Shown: positions 49,262 to 59,671 of the stretch, in pieces
How the letters are laid out: each line of letters opens with the position of its first letter
Position numbering within the stretch: the stretch's first letter is position 1
DNA from: an uncultured Nitrospiraceae bacterium
Lineage (GTDB): Bacteria > Nitrospirota > Thermodesulfovibrionia > Thermodesulfovibrionales > Dissulfurispiraceae
DNA: 64,000 nt
Direction of reading: 5' to 3'
Assembly: GCA_963705105.1 (NCBI GenBank)
Contig: CAVPIW010000006.1
Location: forward strand, 512,001-576,000
Made by a program: the position numbers and the translations under genes
Notes under the pieces: generated by a model
Databases searched by the model: none
What the model saw: the letters and a program-made list of their open reading frames with translations, nothing else
Told to the model about the DNA's origin: nothing

Positions 49262-50089
49262 TCAGGATGATGCCTTTTCCCCCTTTGCAAGGTAGGCTGC
49301 ATAGGCCTTTGCAAGCTCCGTGAGAGCGGAGAGATAATCGCCGAGGACAGGGTTTTGCGTCTTCCTTTCCTTCATCTCCCTGCGGCAGAGGCGGGCCTGG
49401 TTGCTGATAAAGCGATGGTATTCCGCGGCGGTGAAACCAGCGGCGTCAAGGATCTCAAAGAGGACCGGCAGCGGGATGGGGACTTCAAGAATGCCTTCCC
49501 CCTCAAGGAGGTCCCTGAAGGCTTGGTGTCCCCGGAGCATCGAGAGAATCTTTTCCATAAAGGGCCGCTGCTTCAGAAGGCCGGCCTGATACCGGTGAAA
49601 GGCCCTCCCGTATGCGGGATCAATGAATTTGCCCTGCGACCAGACGACGGCATCCTTTTCATCGGCGGGCCTGAAACCCCTGCACCGGGAGAATTTCCCC
49701 TGCCGCTGGTCCCTGAAAACGATGTACTGCATCTCCTCGGGGTAGATCGCGCAGAAGGGAACGAGTCCGCACTGGGACGGCTTTCTGTTCTCCCCGTGGA
49801 GGCTGCAGAGGTTGTCGTCGCCGAGGGCCCGGCACCGCCTCCGGAAACGATTGCCGGCAATGAAGTCGCCGACGATGTATGTGCCGCCCGCCCTGAAGCC
49901 GATGGATGCGAGGAGGTCCCTGTGACTGTCGCTCAAAGGGGCGCATCGCCTGAACCCGACGGTGACGGGAAAGACGTCGTCACAGGCCCTGATCTCGTCG
50001 ATCGTCACAAGCGTCGCCCCGCCGCAGCACCACTCGGCGCAGTCGATAGTGCAACGGAAGGCGCATTCTCTGTCAGTCACGTCGCTCAT
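49262..50089 (-). CDS. YkgJ-family cysteine-cluster protein
   Basis: FRCTIDCAEWCC; C...L...NLCSLH...KPSQC...PF. Confidence 0.72.
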   Translation of the reverse strand: MSDVTDRECAFRCTIDCAEWCCGGATLVTIDEIRACDDVFPVTVGFRRCAPLSDSHRDLLASIGFRAGGTYIVGDFIAGNRFRRRCRALGDDNLCSLHGENRKPSQCGLVPFCAIYPEEMQYIVFRDQRQGKFSRCRGFRPADEKDAVVWSQGKFIDPAYGRAFHRYQAGLLKQRPFMEKILSMLRGHQAFRDLLEGEGILEVPIPLPVLFEILDAAGFTAAEYHRFISNQARLCRREMKERKTQNPVLGDYLSALTELAKAYAAYLAKGEKASS

Positions 50090-50219
50090 TTCATCAATCA
50101 GTCGTCTGCTGTGCTATTGTACCAAATCGCACGGCCTGTGTGCCGACCCTCAAAGGCCCCCGAAACAGTCCCTTGAAACAGCTTGACCATGGATCGATTC
50201 AGTGGTATTATTATGCCTG

Positions 50220-51197
50220 ATGAGAAGAATCGCCCACACATTAACTGTGATACTGTCCCTGCTGCTCCTCCCGGCATATGCCCAGGCCGATGAATGCCGC
50301 GGCAACCGCTGGCAGCCGACCTTTGTGCGGCATGACAGCGTCGCGCCCACCCTTTATTATGTAGAACCGGGCGGTGGTTTTACTCCCATGCGCACGCCGC
50401 AGGAGGCCCAGGAAACCTGCCAGGCCAGGGGAGTGCGCAACACAATCGACGGCCAGAACTGCTGGCAGAGGCAGTGGGGGGATTTCGGCTGCGGCTGCAA
50501 CATCACCCCATCGCCGAACTCCACCTGCGCCAGATTCCAGGATTTCCTCAGATCCCGCTCCGCCGCCGGTGCGGGAATGGAGCAGGACGTCGACCGTCCG
50601 GGCGGTGACTACAGGAATTTCGCGTCTCCCACCCCGAACCCCGCGGTCTGCCAGAATGCATGCCAGAGCGAATCACAGTGCAGGGCATGGACTTATGTTA
50701 AACCGGGTATACAGGGTGCTCAGGCGCAATGCTGGCTGAAGTCGACTGTTCCCCCGCCGCGCCAGAGCACCTGCTGCATTTCCGGCGTTATGTCCTCCTC
50801 GGCGGGATCCGCACCTCCCGGCGTCATGCAGCCGAACGACCGAATCTTCCACAATCCGTCAGTCAACGGTATTCGCGTGGACTGGTGCCTCCAGTGGGGA
50901 AAATATTGCGGCAAGCCTGCTGCTGATGAGTTCTGCCGCCGCCAGGGATTCACAGAGTCGCGGAGCTTCAAGGTCCTCAACGACAGCCCTCCAACCCTCG
51001 TGATCGGCAGCGGTCAGGTATGCCGCGAGTCCTATTGCGACGGGTTCTCGGAAGTCATCTGCGCCGGAGGTTCTTCACCGTCTCCCGGAGGTTCTGCGCC
51101 GCCCCAGCCGCGTGGTGGGTTGCCGGGTGGAGCAACCTGCAATAGCAACACGGACTGCGCCAGCGGCATGTGCCTGCTCGGGGTGTGCTCCAACTAG
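50220..51197 (+). CDS. Secreted cysteine-rich protein with a PAN/Apple-like module
   Basis: Signal peptide; DRPGGDY...CQNACQSESQCRAWTY...CWLK. Confidence 0.75.
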   Translation: MRRIAHTLTVILSLLLLPAYAQADECRGNRWQPTFVRHDSVAPTLYYVEPGGGFTPMRTPQEAQETCQARGVRNTIDGQNCWQRQWGDFGCGCNITPSPNSTCARFQDFLRSRSAAGAGMEQDVDRPGGDYRNFASPTPNPAVCQNACQSESQCRAWTYVKPGIQGAQAQCWLKSTVPPPRQSTCCISGVMSSSAGSAPPGVMQPNDRIFHNPSVNGIRVDWCLQWGKYCGKPAADEFCRRQGFTESRSFKVLNDSPPTLVIGSGQVCRESYCDGFSEVICAGGSSPSPGGSAPPQPRGGLPGGATCNSNTDCASGMCLLGVCSN

Positions 51198-51246
51198 GAC
51201 CCTGCCGTTCCTTGGCTGCGTTCGTCCTTGTCTTTTCTCCGTCCGA

Positions 51247-52863
51247 CTATCGATTGCCATTACTGTTTGACTGCGGCTGCTTTAAAGAAATGTCCATGCC
51301 CTTGTCCATGGTATAGATCGGATGGACGCGGTACCCCTGCACCCATGATTGCACCACGACGTAGTCGGTCTTGTGCCAGAAGGAGACCCAGGGGACATCC
51401 CTGTTGATGATCTCCTCGGCCTTGCGGTAGAACTCATCCCTCTGCACCAGGTCCTTCGACGACCGGCCCCCTTCGATCAGAGCATCCACGCCGGCATTAA
51501 TATATCTCGTGCGGTTTCCGGCGGCACCGTGGTTGGCTGAATGAAAAAGGGGAAAGAGGAAGTTTTCAGGGTCGGGGTAGTCGGCCCACCAGCTCAGCCA
51601 GAAGAGGTCCGGTTCTCCCCTGTTCACGGCTTCCTTGAAGGCGCTCCATTCGAGCTGCCTGATGACGACATCGATCCCGGCGGCCCGGAGGTAGGACTGG
51701 ATGATCTCGGCGAGATCGACCACCTCCTGGTCGGCGGTGACGAAGAAGTTGACCTTTCTTCCCGCCATGCCGCTGCGCCTGGCGATCTCCTTTGCCAGTG
51801 CGGGATTGTATAGTTCAGCGGCGCCGATCCTCCACGTCCTGAGCAGATCGGGCACAGGTCCCCCGGCAAGCCGCCCCCTGCCTTCGAAAAAGGTTTGCCT
51901 GATCTTCTCCCGGTCGATGGCAAGGGAGACGGCCCTCCTCATATCGGCATTGCTGAAAGGCGGCTTCGATGCGTTCAGACCGAGGTAATACGTATTCAGC
52001 CCCTCGATGGAAAAAATGTGACTCTTCCAGGCTTTGTCTCCCCTGAACCGGGCATATGCCGATGCAGGGAGGGCAAGCACGTCCAGGTTGCCCAGTTCGA
52101 ACTCCGTCACTGCCGTCAGGTCTTCGGGGATGATGCGGTAGACGATGCCGTCGACGGCGGCTCTCCCGTCGAAGTAGTCCTGCCGCCTCTCGAGGACGAT
52201 CTCCCTGTCGGGATGCCAGTGCCTGAGAATGAAGGGGCCTGTGCCGGCGGGGCGACGCGAGAAATCAGGGCCCTGCTCTGCCACCACCTCACGGGGAACG
52301 ACATAACAGGGCGACATGGTGAGTATGTTCAGGAAAGGAGAAAAGGGCCTCTTCAGGCGGATCTCGAAAATATGATCGGCGACGACCCTGAATCCCGCCA
52401 CTTCCTTCGCCTTTCCTGCAAAAAATTCAGCGGCCCCGTCGACACTGTCAAAGACCCAGGCATTGGGCGATCTCGTTTTCGGGTCCAGGATCCGCTGGAA
52501 AGAGAACTTGAAATCGGAGGCGAGGACTTCCCGCCCGTTCGAAAACCGCACGCCGGGACGGAGAAAGAAGGAATAGACCTTTCCATCCGCCGACACCTGC
52601 CAGTGACTCGCAATGTCCGGCACGACGGTCATGCCGTCGCCGAGCCTGATCAGGCCGTTGAAGAGCTTGGCGGCGACGACGGCGCCCGTGACATCCGTGA
52701 TAAGCGCGGGATCAAGGGTAGAGGGGTTTGCATTGAGACGGTAGGAGACATGTCCCTCCACCCTGTTCGTTGTCGTGCAGGAGGGGAAAGCGAGGAGCGA
52801 AAGGATCGCTCCTGCAATAATGGACAGAGCGGCCAGGGAAAGGCCGGGAGAAGGCCCTCTCAA
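51247..52863 (-). CDS. ABC transporter substrate-binding protein (family 5, peptide/nickel)
   Basis: TLDPA, GTGPF, WWADYPDPENFL. Confidence 0.92.
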   Translation of the reverse strand: MRGPSPGLSLAALSIIAGAILSLLAFPSCTTTNRVEGHVSYRLNANPSTLDPALITDVTGAVVAAKLFNGLIRLGDGMTVVPDIASHWQVSADGKVYSFFLRPGVRFSNGREVLASDFKFSFQRILDPKTRSPNAWVFDSVDGAAEFFAGKAKEVAGFRVVADHIFEIRLKRPFSPFLNILTMSPCYVVPREVVAEQGPDFSRRPAGTGPFILRHWHPDREIVLERRQDYFDGRAAVDGIVYRIIPEDLTAVTEFELGNLDVLALPASAYARFRGDKAWKSHIFSIEGLNTYYLGLNASKPPFSNADMRRAVSLAIDREKIRQTFFEGRGRLAGGPVPDLLRTWRIGAAELYNPALAKEIARRSGMAGRKVNFFVTADQEVVDLAEIIQSYLRAAGIDVVIRQLEWSAFKEAVNRGEPDLFWLSWWADYPDPENFLFPLFHSANHGAAGNRTRYINAGVDALIEGGRSSKDLVQRDEFYRKAEEIINRDVPWVSFWHKTDYVVVQSWVQGYRVHPIYTMDKGMDISLKQPQSNSNGNR

Positions 52864-53981
52864 AACCTCAGAAATGCACCGATGCCGCCGGCGTCTTCGA
52901 GCTCTTTATTTGCGTCGATGACATCGATGGGGGCGCCCTGCTGGATAGCCTTCTGTCCTGCCAGGTCGACAATGGTGTCGACGGGGGTCAGCGGTCCCTT
53001 GCAATAGGGACAGGCATCGGCGGGCTGTGTCGCCAGCGCGTTGCAGGAGGGGCAACTGAAACCGCTTGCCCTGTATTGCCTGCTATAGACGAGTCTCATG
53101 ACGCGCTGCTCCTGCAGGACATGGAGCACGTTGTCGAGGCCGAGCACCGCCCGTTCGTTCTTCATCGCTTTGGCGACGAGGTCTTTGACCATGGCGTTGT
53201 TCTTTTCCTTTTCATATGCGGCGACGACCGGCTCGACCTTTTTGATCACATCGTCATTCTTGGCGAACATCTCGACTTTGACCGTGCCGATGACCTTTTC
53301 GAGGATACCCTTGTTCAGGATTCCCTTCACCATGGAGAAGGCTTCATCGGAGCCGCCGATAATGACCCGCCCGATGGCCTCGCCTGACATGAACTCCGCC
53401 AGCCTCTCCGTCACTTCCTTCAGGTGGAGGCCGACGTGCACATCGGTATGCCGCTCGAAATTGTTTTGCGAAAGGGCGAACCAGCCGCCCTTCTTGTGCT
53501 TCCCCGGTATGTCCGGCGTGTGCACCTCGCCGTATTCGACGATCTCGCCGAGATGGACCACGAAGATCCGGGCCGACTCCTTGTCCACAAGCAGGACGGC
53601 ATATCGCTCGTGCCTGTCCAGAATATCCAGCAGGGGGCGGATGAAGGGGGCCTTTTCGACACGGAGGTCGTTCATGACGGGGACACTGAGGTTGAACTCG
53701 CGCCAGAGGCCGCTCTCCGATGAGCTGATGATCGACAGGCCCTTCTTGAAAAGCCGCTTGTTGGCGAAAACGTAAGCGTCTATCTTGTCGAGGTCCGCCT
53801 TCACCCTCTTGTAGACGGCCTTGTCGAGGGACTCGGAGGTCTCTTTCATCATATTCTTGAAATGGACGAGAAAATCCCCCCTCTGGTTATGGAGGGGATC
53901 GACGTTCAGGTACATGCTCACGCAATAGTTGTCATTCCCCTCGAGAGATGCGAGCGCTTTCAGATCATTCAGGTTCAGCAT
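52860..53981 (-). CDS. Bacterial aeRF1/VLRF1-like release-factor homolog with Zn ribbon
   Basis: PGKHKKGGWFALSQNNFERH; CPSC...CPYC; eRF1-domain-3-like end GGIGAFLRF. Confidence 0.8.
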   Translation of the reverse strand: MLNLNDLKALASLEGNDNYCVSMYLNVDPLHNQRGDFLVHFKNMMKETSESLDKAVYKRVKADLDKIDAYVFANKRLFKKGLSIISSSESGLWREFNLSVPVMNDLRVEKAPFIRPLLDILDRHERYAVLLVDKESARIFVVHLGEIVEYGEVHTPDIPGKHKKGGWFALSQNNFERHTDVHVGLHLKEVTERLAEFMSGEAIGRVIIGGSDEAFSMVKGILNKGILEKVIGTVKVEMFAKNDDVIKKVEPVVAAYEKEKNNAMVKDLVAKAMKNERAVLGLDNVLHVLQEQRVMRLVYSRQYRASGFSCPSCNALATQPADACPYCKGPLTPVDTIVDLAGQKAIQQGAPIDVIDANKELEDAGGIGAFLRF

Positions 53982-54013
53982 GGTATCCTCCTTCAGTACT
54001 GCGTTGTCCCTCC

Positions 54014-54811
54014 CTATCGCGGCGCCTTCTTTCCCAAATCTGTGACGGGGCGTCCCATCCTGTCTTCGGGAAGACGCCGCGCGCTCCTGATGAAGGAGTT
54101 GAAGAGGAGAGCGGAAAAGTTATTATAATTATAGCACGACCTTTCCCCGGCACCATCCGACGCTTTTTCGAGGCGCCGCTCGGGGTGCCACTGCACTCCC
54201 ACGAGGAACGGATAGCCTTCCAGAAAAAAGCCTTCGACGATGCCGTCCTCGGCGGAGGCAAAGACGACAAGCCCCTCGCCCCGTTCTTTCACCGCCTGAT
54301 GGTGGCTGGAATTGACCGTCAGGGCGGACAGGGGTACTTCGAAGGGCAGACCCGGCGGGGACGTGAAAAAGACGGGGTGATCCCCTTTCCGGTGATCGGG
54401 GGAGCATTGCCTCTGCGTCCCGATATCCTGGTAGAGCGTTCCTTTGAAGATGACGTTGATGAGCTGCATGCCGTAGCAGATCGCGAGGATCGGTTTTCGC
54501 CGGGCCGTCATGGCCTGAACGAGGGCGGTCTCGAAATCTGCCCTCCCGTCATTGACAAGGTGCAGGAGACCTTCGGGAACGACAATCCTTTCGCCGTACC
54601 TGGCGGGGTGCAGGTCACCGCCTCCCGGCAGGAGGAGCCCGTCGATCCGTTCCGCAATAAGGTCGCATTCCTTTCCCTTCGCTCCCTCCTGCAGTGAAGG
54701 GGTGAGAATGAGCGGCATTCCCCCGGCGGCCGACACAGCATCGACGTACTCCGTTTTCAGCCTGAAGAAGCCGTCAGCGATGTCAGCCGTTATGCCGATG
54801 AGTGGTTTCAT
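54014..54811 (-). CDS. Gamma-glutamyl-GABA hydrolase / peptidase C26 family
   Basis: LPGGGD, AICYGMQ, VNSSHHQAV, GVQWHPE. Confidence 0.9.
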   Translation of the reverse strand: MKPLIGITADIADGFFRLKTEYVDAVSAAGGMPLILTPSLQEGAKGKECDLIAERIDGLLLPGGGDLHPARYGERIVVPEGLLHLVNDGRADFETALVQAMTARRKPILAICYGMQLINVIFKGTLYQDIGTQRQCSPDHRKGDHPVFFTSPPGLPFEVPLSALTVNSSHHQAVKERGEGLVVFASAEDGIVEGFFLEGYPFLVGVQWHPERRLEKASDGAGERSCYNYNNFSALLFNSFIRSARRLPEDRMGRPVTDLGKKAPR

Positions 54812-54814
54812 TTA

Positions 54815-55026
54815 CCCTGTCATTGCAATAGGACATCCGGAAAGGTGGGGCGAAGATGCCGAAAAGCCTTGGTGCTGCGAAACCATTGCCTTCCCATGCG
54901 GATCATGTCAGGCCGATGGTTGATGACGCAAAGGTGGAATCCCCAATGTCCAATTTCAAATGATCATGCTCGCTATCAGCAAGGCTTTGAGGCACTTCGT
55001 CCCGCCTTTTCATGCAAACGGAAGGG
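54815..55026 (+). repeat. MITE-like intergenic repeat, copy E
   Basis: ta|CCCTGTCATTGCA...CCCGCCTTTTCATGCAAACGGAAGG. Confidence 0.82.
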
Positions 55027-55031
55027 TTTAC

Positions 55032-56612
55032 TTACCCGTGAGATGATCTCAGCACCCTGCCGGGACGGGCGCCTGTCGGCTCACCGTCCCGGACCACGGG
55101 GGCGCCGTTGACGAAAACGGCGACGATGCCGTCAGGCTTTTGAAAGGGGTCAGAAAAAGTCGCCCTGTCGGAGAGTTTGTCGCGATCGAACACGGTAAGG
55201 TCTGCAAACATGCCGGCCTGCAGCCTGCCCCGGTCCCTCAGACCGAAAGTATCCGCCGGCAGGGACGTCATCCTCCGCACCGCCTCTTCGATCGGCAGGA
55301 GACTCTTTTCCCTGGCGTAACGGGCGAGGAAACGGGGGAAGCTGCCGAAACCCCGCGGATGGGGCTTCCCCCGGCGCGTAGGGCCGCTGAAAGACCGGGC
55401 CGAGCTGTCCGAGCCGATCATGAGATAAGGCAAGCGGAGGAAATGGAGGAGGTTCTCTTCACTCATGGAAAAGAAGATGGCGCCGACCCGGGTCCTCTCC
55501 GCCACGAGGAGGTCAATGAGGGCAGTGTGCACAGACTTTTTCTCTGCCCCGGCGATGTCGGCGACGCTCCTGCCTTCCATCCAGGCGCGTTCTTCCGTCG
55601 TGACGGACGACACGACGACGTTCTTCCAGTACGGACTGCCCTCCGGCTGCACGTCCGCCAGGATTTCTTTCCGCGTCAACGGGTCTGTCAGGCGCCTCAG
55701 TTCCTCGTCCGTCCCTCCCTCATAGGCCCATGACGGCAGGACCGTGTCGAGATCGGTGCTCGCCGCCACGTAGGGGTAACGGTCGCAGGTCACCTGCACG
55801 CCTGAGCGCCGCGCCTCTTCGATGCATGCGATCGCGTCCTGACGCTTCCACCAGTTCTGCTCCCCTGACGTCTTCAGATGAGAGACGTGCACGGGAATGC
55901 GGGCCCTCCGGCCGATCGTGACCACTTCGCCGATGGCCTCGATAAGTGCGTCACCCTCGCTCCTCATATGAGACGCGTAGATCCCGCAAGGGACATCCGA
56001 AAGCCCCTGGGCCAGGGCGACGAGTTCCTCCGTCTCCGCATAGACGCCGGGCGGATAAATGAGCCCCGTCGAGAGCCCCTTTGCACCATCGCGGAGGGCT
56101 TCGGCGAGGAGCGACTTCATGCGGGTCATGTCGCCGGGGTCAGGCCGCCTGTTCCGGTACCCCATAACGGAGCCGCGGATGTTGCCGTGACCGCAGAGGG
56201 TGGCGAAATTCAGGGAGATGCCCCTCGATTCGAGAAGTGAAAAATATTGGGTGAAGGTCGACCATCGTTCGGCGATGCCGAGTTCCCTGAGGTCCTCCTC
56301 ACGTCGCTGCATCGCCTCACCGAGGAGGGGCGCAGCCGAGAGCCCGCAGTTGCCGCTGATTTCGGTTGTGACACCCTGGCAGATTTTGCCCTCGGCCCTG
56401 CCGTCGGCAAGGAGGGTGAATTCGGAGTGGCTGTGTGTGTCGATAAATCCGGGCGCGACGATCAATCCGCCGGCGTCGATGACCTGCGCGGCGGCGGGTT
56501 CACCGCTGCCCATGAAGACGATCCGGTCTCCCTTTATGCCGACATGCGACTCGTAAAGGGGCGTCCCCATTCCGTCAACGACGAGTCCCCCCCTGATCAG
56601 GAAATCAAGCAT
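55032..56612 (-). CDS. N-acyl-D-amino-acid deacylase (amidohydrolase)
   Basis: PGFIDTHSHS, GNCG, HMRSE, HPRGFGSFPR. Confidence 0.9.
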   Translation of the reverse strand: MLDFLIRGGLVVDGMGTPLYESHVGIKGDRIVFMGSGEPAAAQVIDAGGLIVAPGFIDTHSHSEFTLLADGRAEGKICQGVTTEISGNCGLSAAPLLGEAMQRREEDLRELGIAERWSTFTQYFSLLESRGISLNFATLCGHGNIRGSVMGYRNRRPDPGDMTRMKSLLAEALRDGAKGLSTGLIYPPGVYAETEELVALAQGLSDVPCGIYASHMRSEGDALIEAIGEVVTIGRRARIPVHVSHLKTSGEQNWWKRQDAIACIEEARRSGVQVTCDRYPYVAASTDLDTVLPSWAYEGGTDEELRRLTDPLTRKEILADVQPEGSPYWKNVVVSSVTTEERAWMEGRSVADIAGAEKKSVHTALIDLLVAERTRVGAIFFSMSEENLLHFLRLPYLMIGSDSSARSFSGPTRRGKPHPRGFGSFPRFLARYAREKSLLPIEEAVRRMTSLPADTFGLRDRGRLQAGMFADLTVFDRDKLSDRATFSDPFQKPDGIVAVFVNGAPVVRDGEPTGARPGRVLRSSHG

Positions 56613-56652
56613 GATTCGCCCTGCCTTTCCGGGGGTTTCCGTAAGGGGGTTA

Positions 56653-57062
56653 CCTTGCAGTTGCATGGATAAAGCGTGGCGAAGCGCCTCAAAGCCTTGC
56701 TGATCGCGACTCTCCTCCGGGAAGGCAAATATGGTTCAAAGCCTTTCCAATGCGATGATGAGGACCATTTCGGCAGGTGCACCGAAAGGCAGGGCAAAGT
56801 GCCTCAAAGCCTCGCTGATTGCGAGCATGATTGGTTATTATCGGTTGTGAAGATTTCATCCTTTGTATTATCAACAGTTGTGCTTCCATGCTCTCAACGG
56901 GACGGCAGCGGTTTCGCAGCACCGATGCTTTTCGGTACTTCACCCCGCCTTTCGGTCCGGCGTATGAGGCAACGTGTCCATCTCAGGGTGTTCAGCCTCT
57001 GATGCCTGACGGGCACTTGGTATAGATCGACACGGCAAAGGGTGGTCTGGGGATCAATAAGG
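56653..57062 (-). repeat. Long composite MITE-like copy F (TA-flanked)
   Basis: ta|CCTTGCAGTTGCA ... CAATAAGG|ta; inverted homolog of 61983-62422. Confidence 0.82.
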
Positions 57063-57122
57063 TATCTTAGAGGAAAGGTTTTTCACCACATCAGCCTTCC
57101 CGTCGGTACGATTGTCGTCCGG

Positions 57123-57353
57123 TTTCCGTCTTTGCATGCTGTCTATTGTCTATGTAGGAGTGGCATAGAAAGGCGGGGCGAAACGCCTCAAAGCCTTGCT
57201 GAAGGCGACGATACTCCTCGTCATCTTCGTGTTTCAGGATTTCACTCTTTGTGTCATCGACCATTAGCATATAGTTCATCTTTCGTTTTGATACAGGTGT
57301 CGCCGCAGCAAGGTTTTCGGCGCATACGCCCCGCCTTTCCATGCAACAGCAGG
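57123..57353 (-). repeat. MITE-like intergenic repeat, copy G
   Basis: GAAAGGCGGGGCGAAACGCCTCAAAGCC...CCCCGCCTTTCCATGCAACAGCAGG; left boundary approximate. Confidence 0.75.
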
Positions 57354-57359
57354 TTTCAC

Positions 57360-58628
57360 CTATCTCTCGGTATACGATGCGGGAATGGCGCGATTGCCGC
57401 CGGACCTGGCGGTCTTCTGCTGCGGCACCGATGAAAAGTAGCCGTGGATCCCCCTGGCGATGGATTCCGCCAGGGCCTGGCGGTAATGGTCCTTCGACAG
57501 AAGGGTTTCCTCTATGGGATTGCTGATGAACGAGACCTCCACAAGAGCCGAGGGCATTTTCGCACCGACGAGCACATAGAACAGCGCCTGCTTGACGCCG
57601 AGGTCCGTCACGAGGGAATATTCATCCCTCATGTTTGTGACAAGGGTGTTCTGGATGTTGCCTGCCAACTTCACCGATTCGTTTCTCTTCGCCTCCCGTT
57701 CGAGCGAAGCGAGAATGAACCCGAGCTCACTCTGGACCTGCTTCATTTTTTTCAGGGAAATGGCGTTTTCTCTGGCCGCCACCTTCATCGCCTCGATGTC
57801 GTTTGTCCAGTTCAGCAGGTACGTCTCGATGCCCTTGGCATTCCTGTTCGTGCTTGCGTTCGCATGGATTGACACGAAAAGGTCCGCCTTGTTCTTGTTG
57901 GCGATCGACGCCCGCACGTCAAGGGGGAGAAACACATCCTTGTCTCTCGTCAGCATGATCTCGTAGAGGGGATACTCTCTCGCCATGATCTGCCTGACCC
58001 GCAGTGCGACGTCAAGGACGACGTTCTTTTCATAGAGGCCGTTGCGGCCGACGGCGCCGGGGTCATGACCGCCGTGCCCGGCATCGATGACGACCCTCCG
58101 CTTCAGGGACGGGTCGGCCCGGATGACGGGCTGCTTCACATCTTCCTTCTTCTCCTGGATCTTCGGCTCCGGAGCATTCAGCTCCGGCGTCTTCAGCCCC
58201 GGCGTTCTTGAGGAGATATCGATGACAAGCCTCGACGGCTCCCCCTGCCATGAGACACGGTAATCATAGTCCGCCTTCACGATATCGACGACGACGCGGA
58301 CCGTCTCCCTGTCGAACCGGCCGATCCTCACCCCTTTGACAAGGCCGTCGTTCACGGGAAGCGCGGCAGGCACACCGCGGCCGATGACGGCCCCCTTCAG
58401 GTCGATGAAAACCCTCTCGGGGTTGCCGATTCTGCCTTTGGCAAATTCGGCCTGGCCGGAAAGGCCGATGGAAATGCGGGTCTGGTCGGCACCGGAGGCA
58501 TGCCTGAGGCCGTTCACTTCCAAAGCATGCTTGCCCTGCCCGGAGGCGGAACTGACGACGAGTACGACGAACATCAGAGCGGAAAAAAACGCAAAGGCTT
58601 TCGCATGTGTCGCCGCTTTCGTGCTCAT
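57360..58628 (-). CDS. N-acetylmuramoyl-L-alanine amidase with AMIN domains (AmiC-like)
   Basis: VIDAGHGGHDPGA, FVSIHAN, SALVEVSFISN. Confidence 0.92.
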   Translation of the reverse strand: MSTKAATHAKAFAFFSALMFVVLVVSSASGQGKHALEVNGLRHASGADQTRISIGLSGQAEFAKGRIGNPERVFIDLKGAVIGRGVPAALPVNDGLVKGVRIGRFDRETVRVVVDIVKADYDYRVSWQGEPSRLVIDISSRTPGLKTPELNAPEPKIQEKKEDVKQPVIRADPSLKRRVVIDAGHGGHDPGAVGRNGLYEKNVVLDVALRVRQIMAREYPLYEIMLTRDKDVFLPLDVRASIANKNKADLFVSIHANASTNRNAKGIETYLLNWTNDIEAMKVAARENAISLKKMKQVQSELGFILASLEREAKRNESVKLAGNIQNTLVTNMRDEYSLVTDLGVKQALFYVLVGAKMPSALVEVSFISNPIEETLLSKDHYRQALAESIARGIHGYFSSVPQQKTARSGGNRAIPASYTER

Positions 58629-58645
58629 GCCTTCCCCCCGGCTCG

Positions 58646-58873
58646 TTATTGCCGTTCCTTGACGGCACGAATCTCGGGAATCTCTTTCTTGAGAGTCGTC
58701 TCGACCCAGTTTTTCATTGTCAGTGTCGACATGGGACAGGTCTCACAGGCGCCGGTCAGCCTGACATAGACGACATCATTCCTTATCTCGACGAGCTCTA
58801 TATCACCGCCTTCGGACTTCAGCCCGGCCCGTATCTTGCCGAGTACCTCCTCAACCCTTTCCTGCGTAACCAT
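58646..58873 (-). CDS. NifU/Nfu-family Fe-S carrier
   Basis: EGGDIELV...LTGACETCPMS. Confidence 0.9.
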   Translation of the reverse strand: MVTQERVEEVLGKIRAGLKSEGGDIELVEIRNDVVYVRLTGACETCPMSTLTMKNWVETTLKKEIPEIRAVKERQ

Positions 58874-59203
58874 TCCAGCCTCCTCTGCACCCTGAAATCC
58901 TTATGGATAGCAGTTTCTATCTTCATCATAGCCGAAGATGCGCAAATTATCAAGATTTATATGCATAAGGAACGGTCGTTCAAAACAGTCTCACGCAAAG
59001 TCGCAAAGAGCGCAAAGAAGGAACGTGTTCGTGCAAGATTATTTTGAACAGCGGTGTTCCTTGGTATAATGATATCCATGGACATCACGCTCACCTATCC
59101 CCATCAATTATTCGAGCGAAATCCCGCTGTGCAGGAGGGACGAAGTGCAGCGCCTGTGCACCGGCCATATCCGGAAGGCTGAGCGGTTTCTCGAAACCCT
59201 TAC

Positions 59204-59671
59204 GTGACAGGAGGACATGTTGTGCAGGATGCGGAAAAACTCATCGGGCGTATAAGGAGAATCCTGACATCGCAGCGGCTTGCGGTGCTCTCGACCTATG
59301 GCGGCGATCAACCCTATGCAAGCCTTGTCGCCTTCACTGCAACTGATGACCTGCAACAGATCTTTTTCGCCACCACCCGCTCCACACGCAAGTATGCCAA
59401 CCTGTCGGAGAAAGACAAGGTCGCCCTGCTCATCGACACCCGCAGGAACAGGCCGGCGGACTTCGCGAACGCCGTCGCCGTGACCGCCATCGGACAGGTC
59501 CGCGAGGCGCCGCCGGGAGAGCGGCGACGGCTCATCGCCATACACACGGCGAAGCACCCGGCCCTCACTTCCTTTCTCGCATCGCCGACGTGCGCACTCC
59601 TTGTCATGGACGTCCGGGCATACTACTTCGTCAGCCATTTTCAGGACGTCCGGGAGGTTCATCTCCGATGA
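59204..59671 (+). CDS. Pyridoxamine 5'-phosphate oxidase-like (split-barrel) protein
   Basis: AVLST...PYASLVAF...TRKYANL...VALLID. Confidence 0.85.
   Translation: MTGGHVVQDAEKLIGRIRRILTSQRLAVLSTYGGDQPYASLVAFTATDDLQQIFFATTRSTRKYANLSEKDKVALLIDTRRNRPADFANAVAVTAIGQVREAPPGERRRLIAIHTAKHPALTSFLASPTCALLVMDVRAYYFVSHFQDVREVHLR

Noticed and set aside
56676..57434. Short ORFs sharing the peptide QGFEALRPAF (also near 29469 and 54845)
   Set aside because: They are translations of the dispersed repeat, in inconsistent frames, not a protein family
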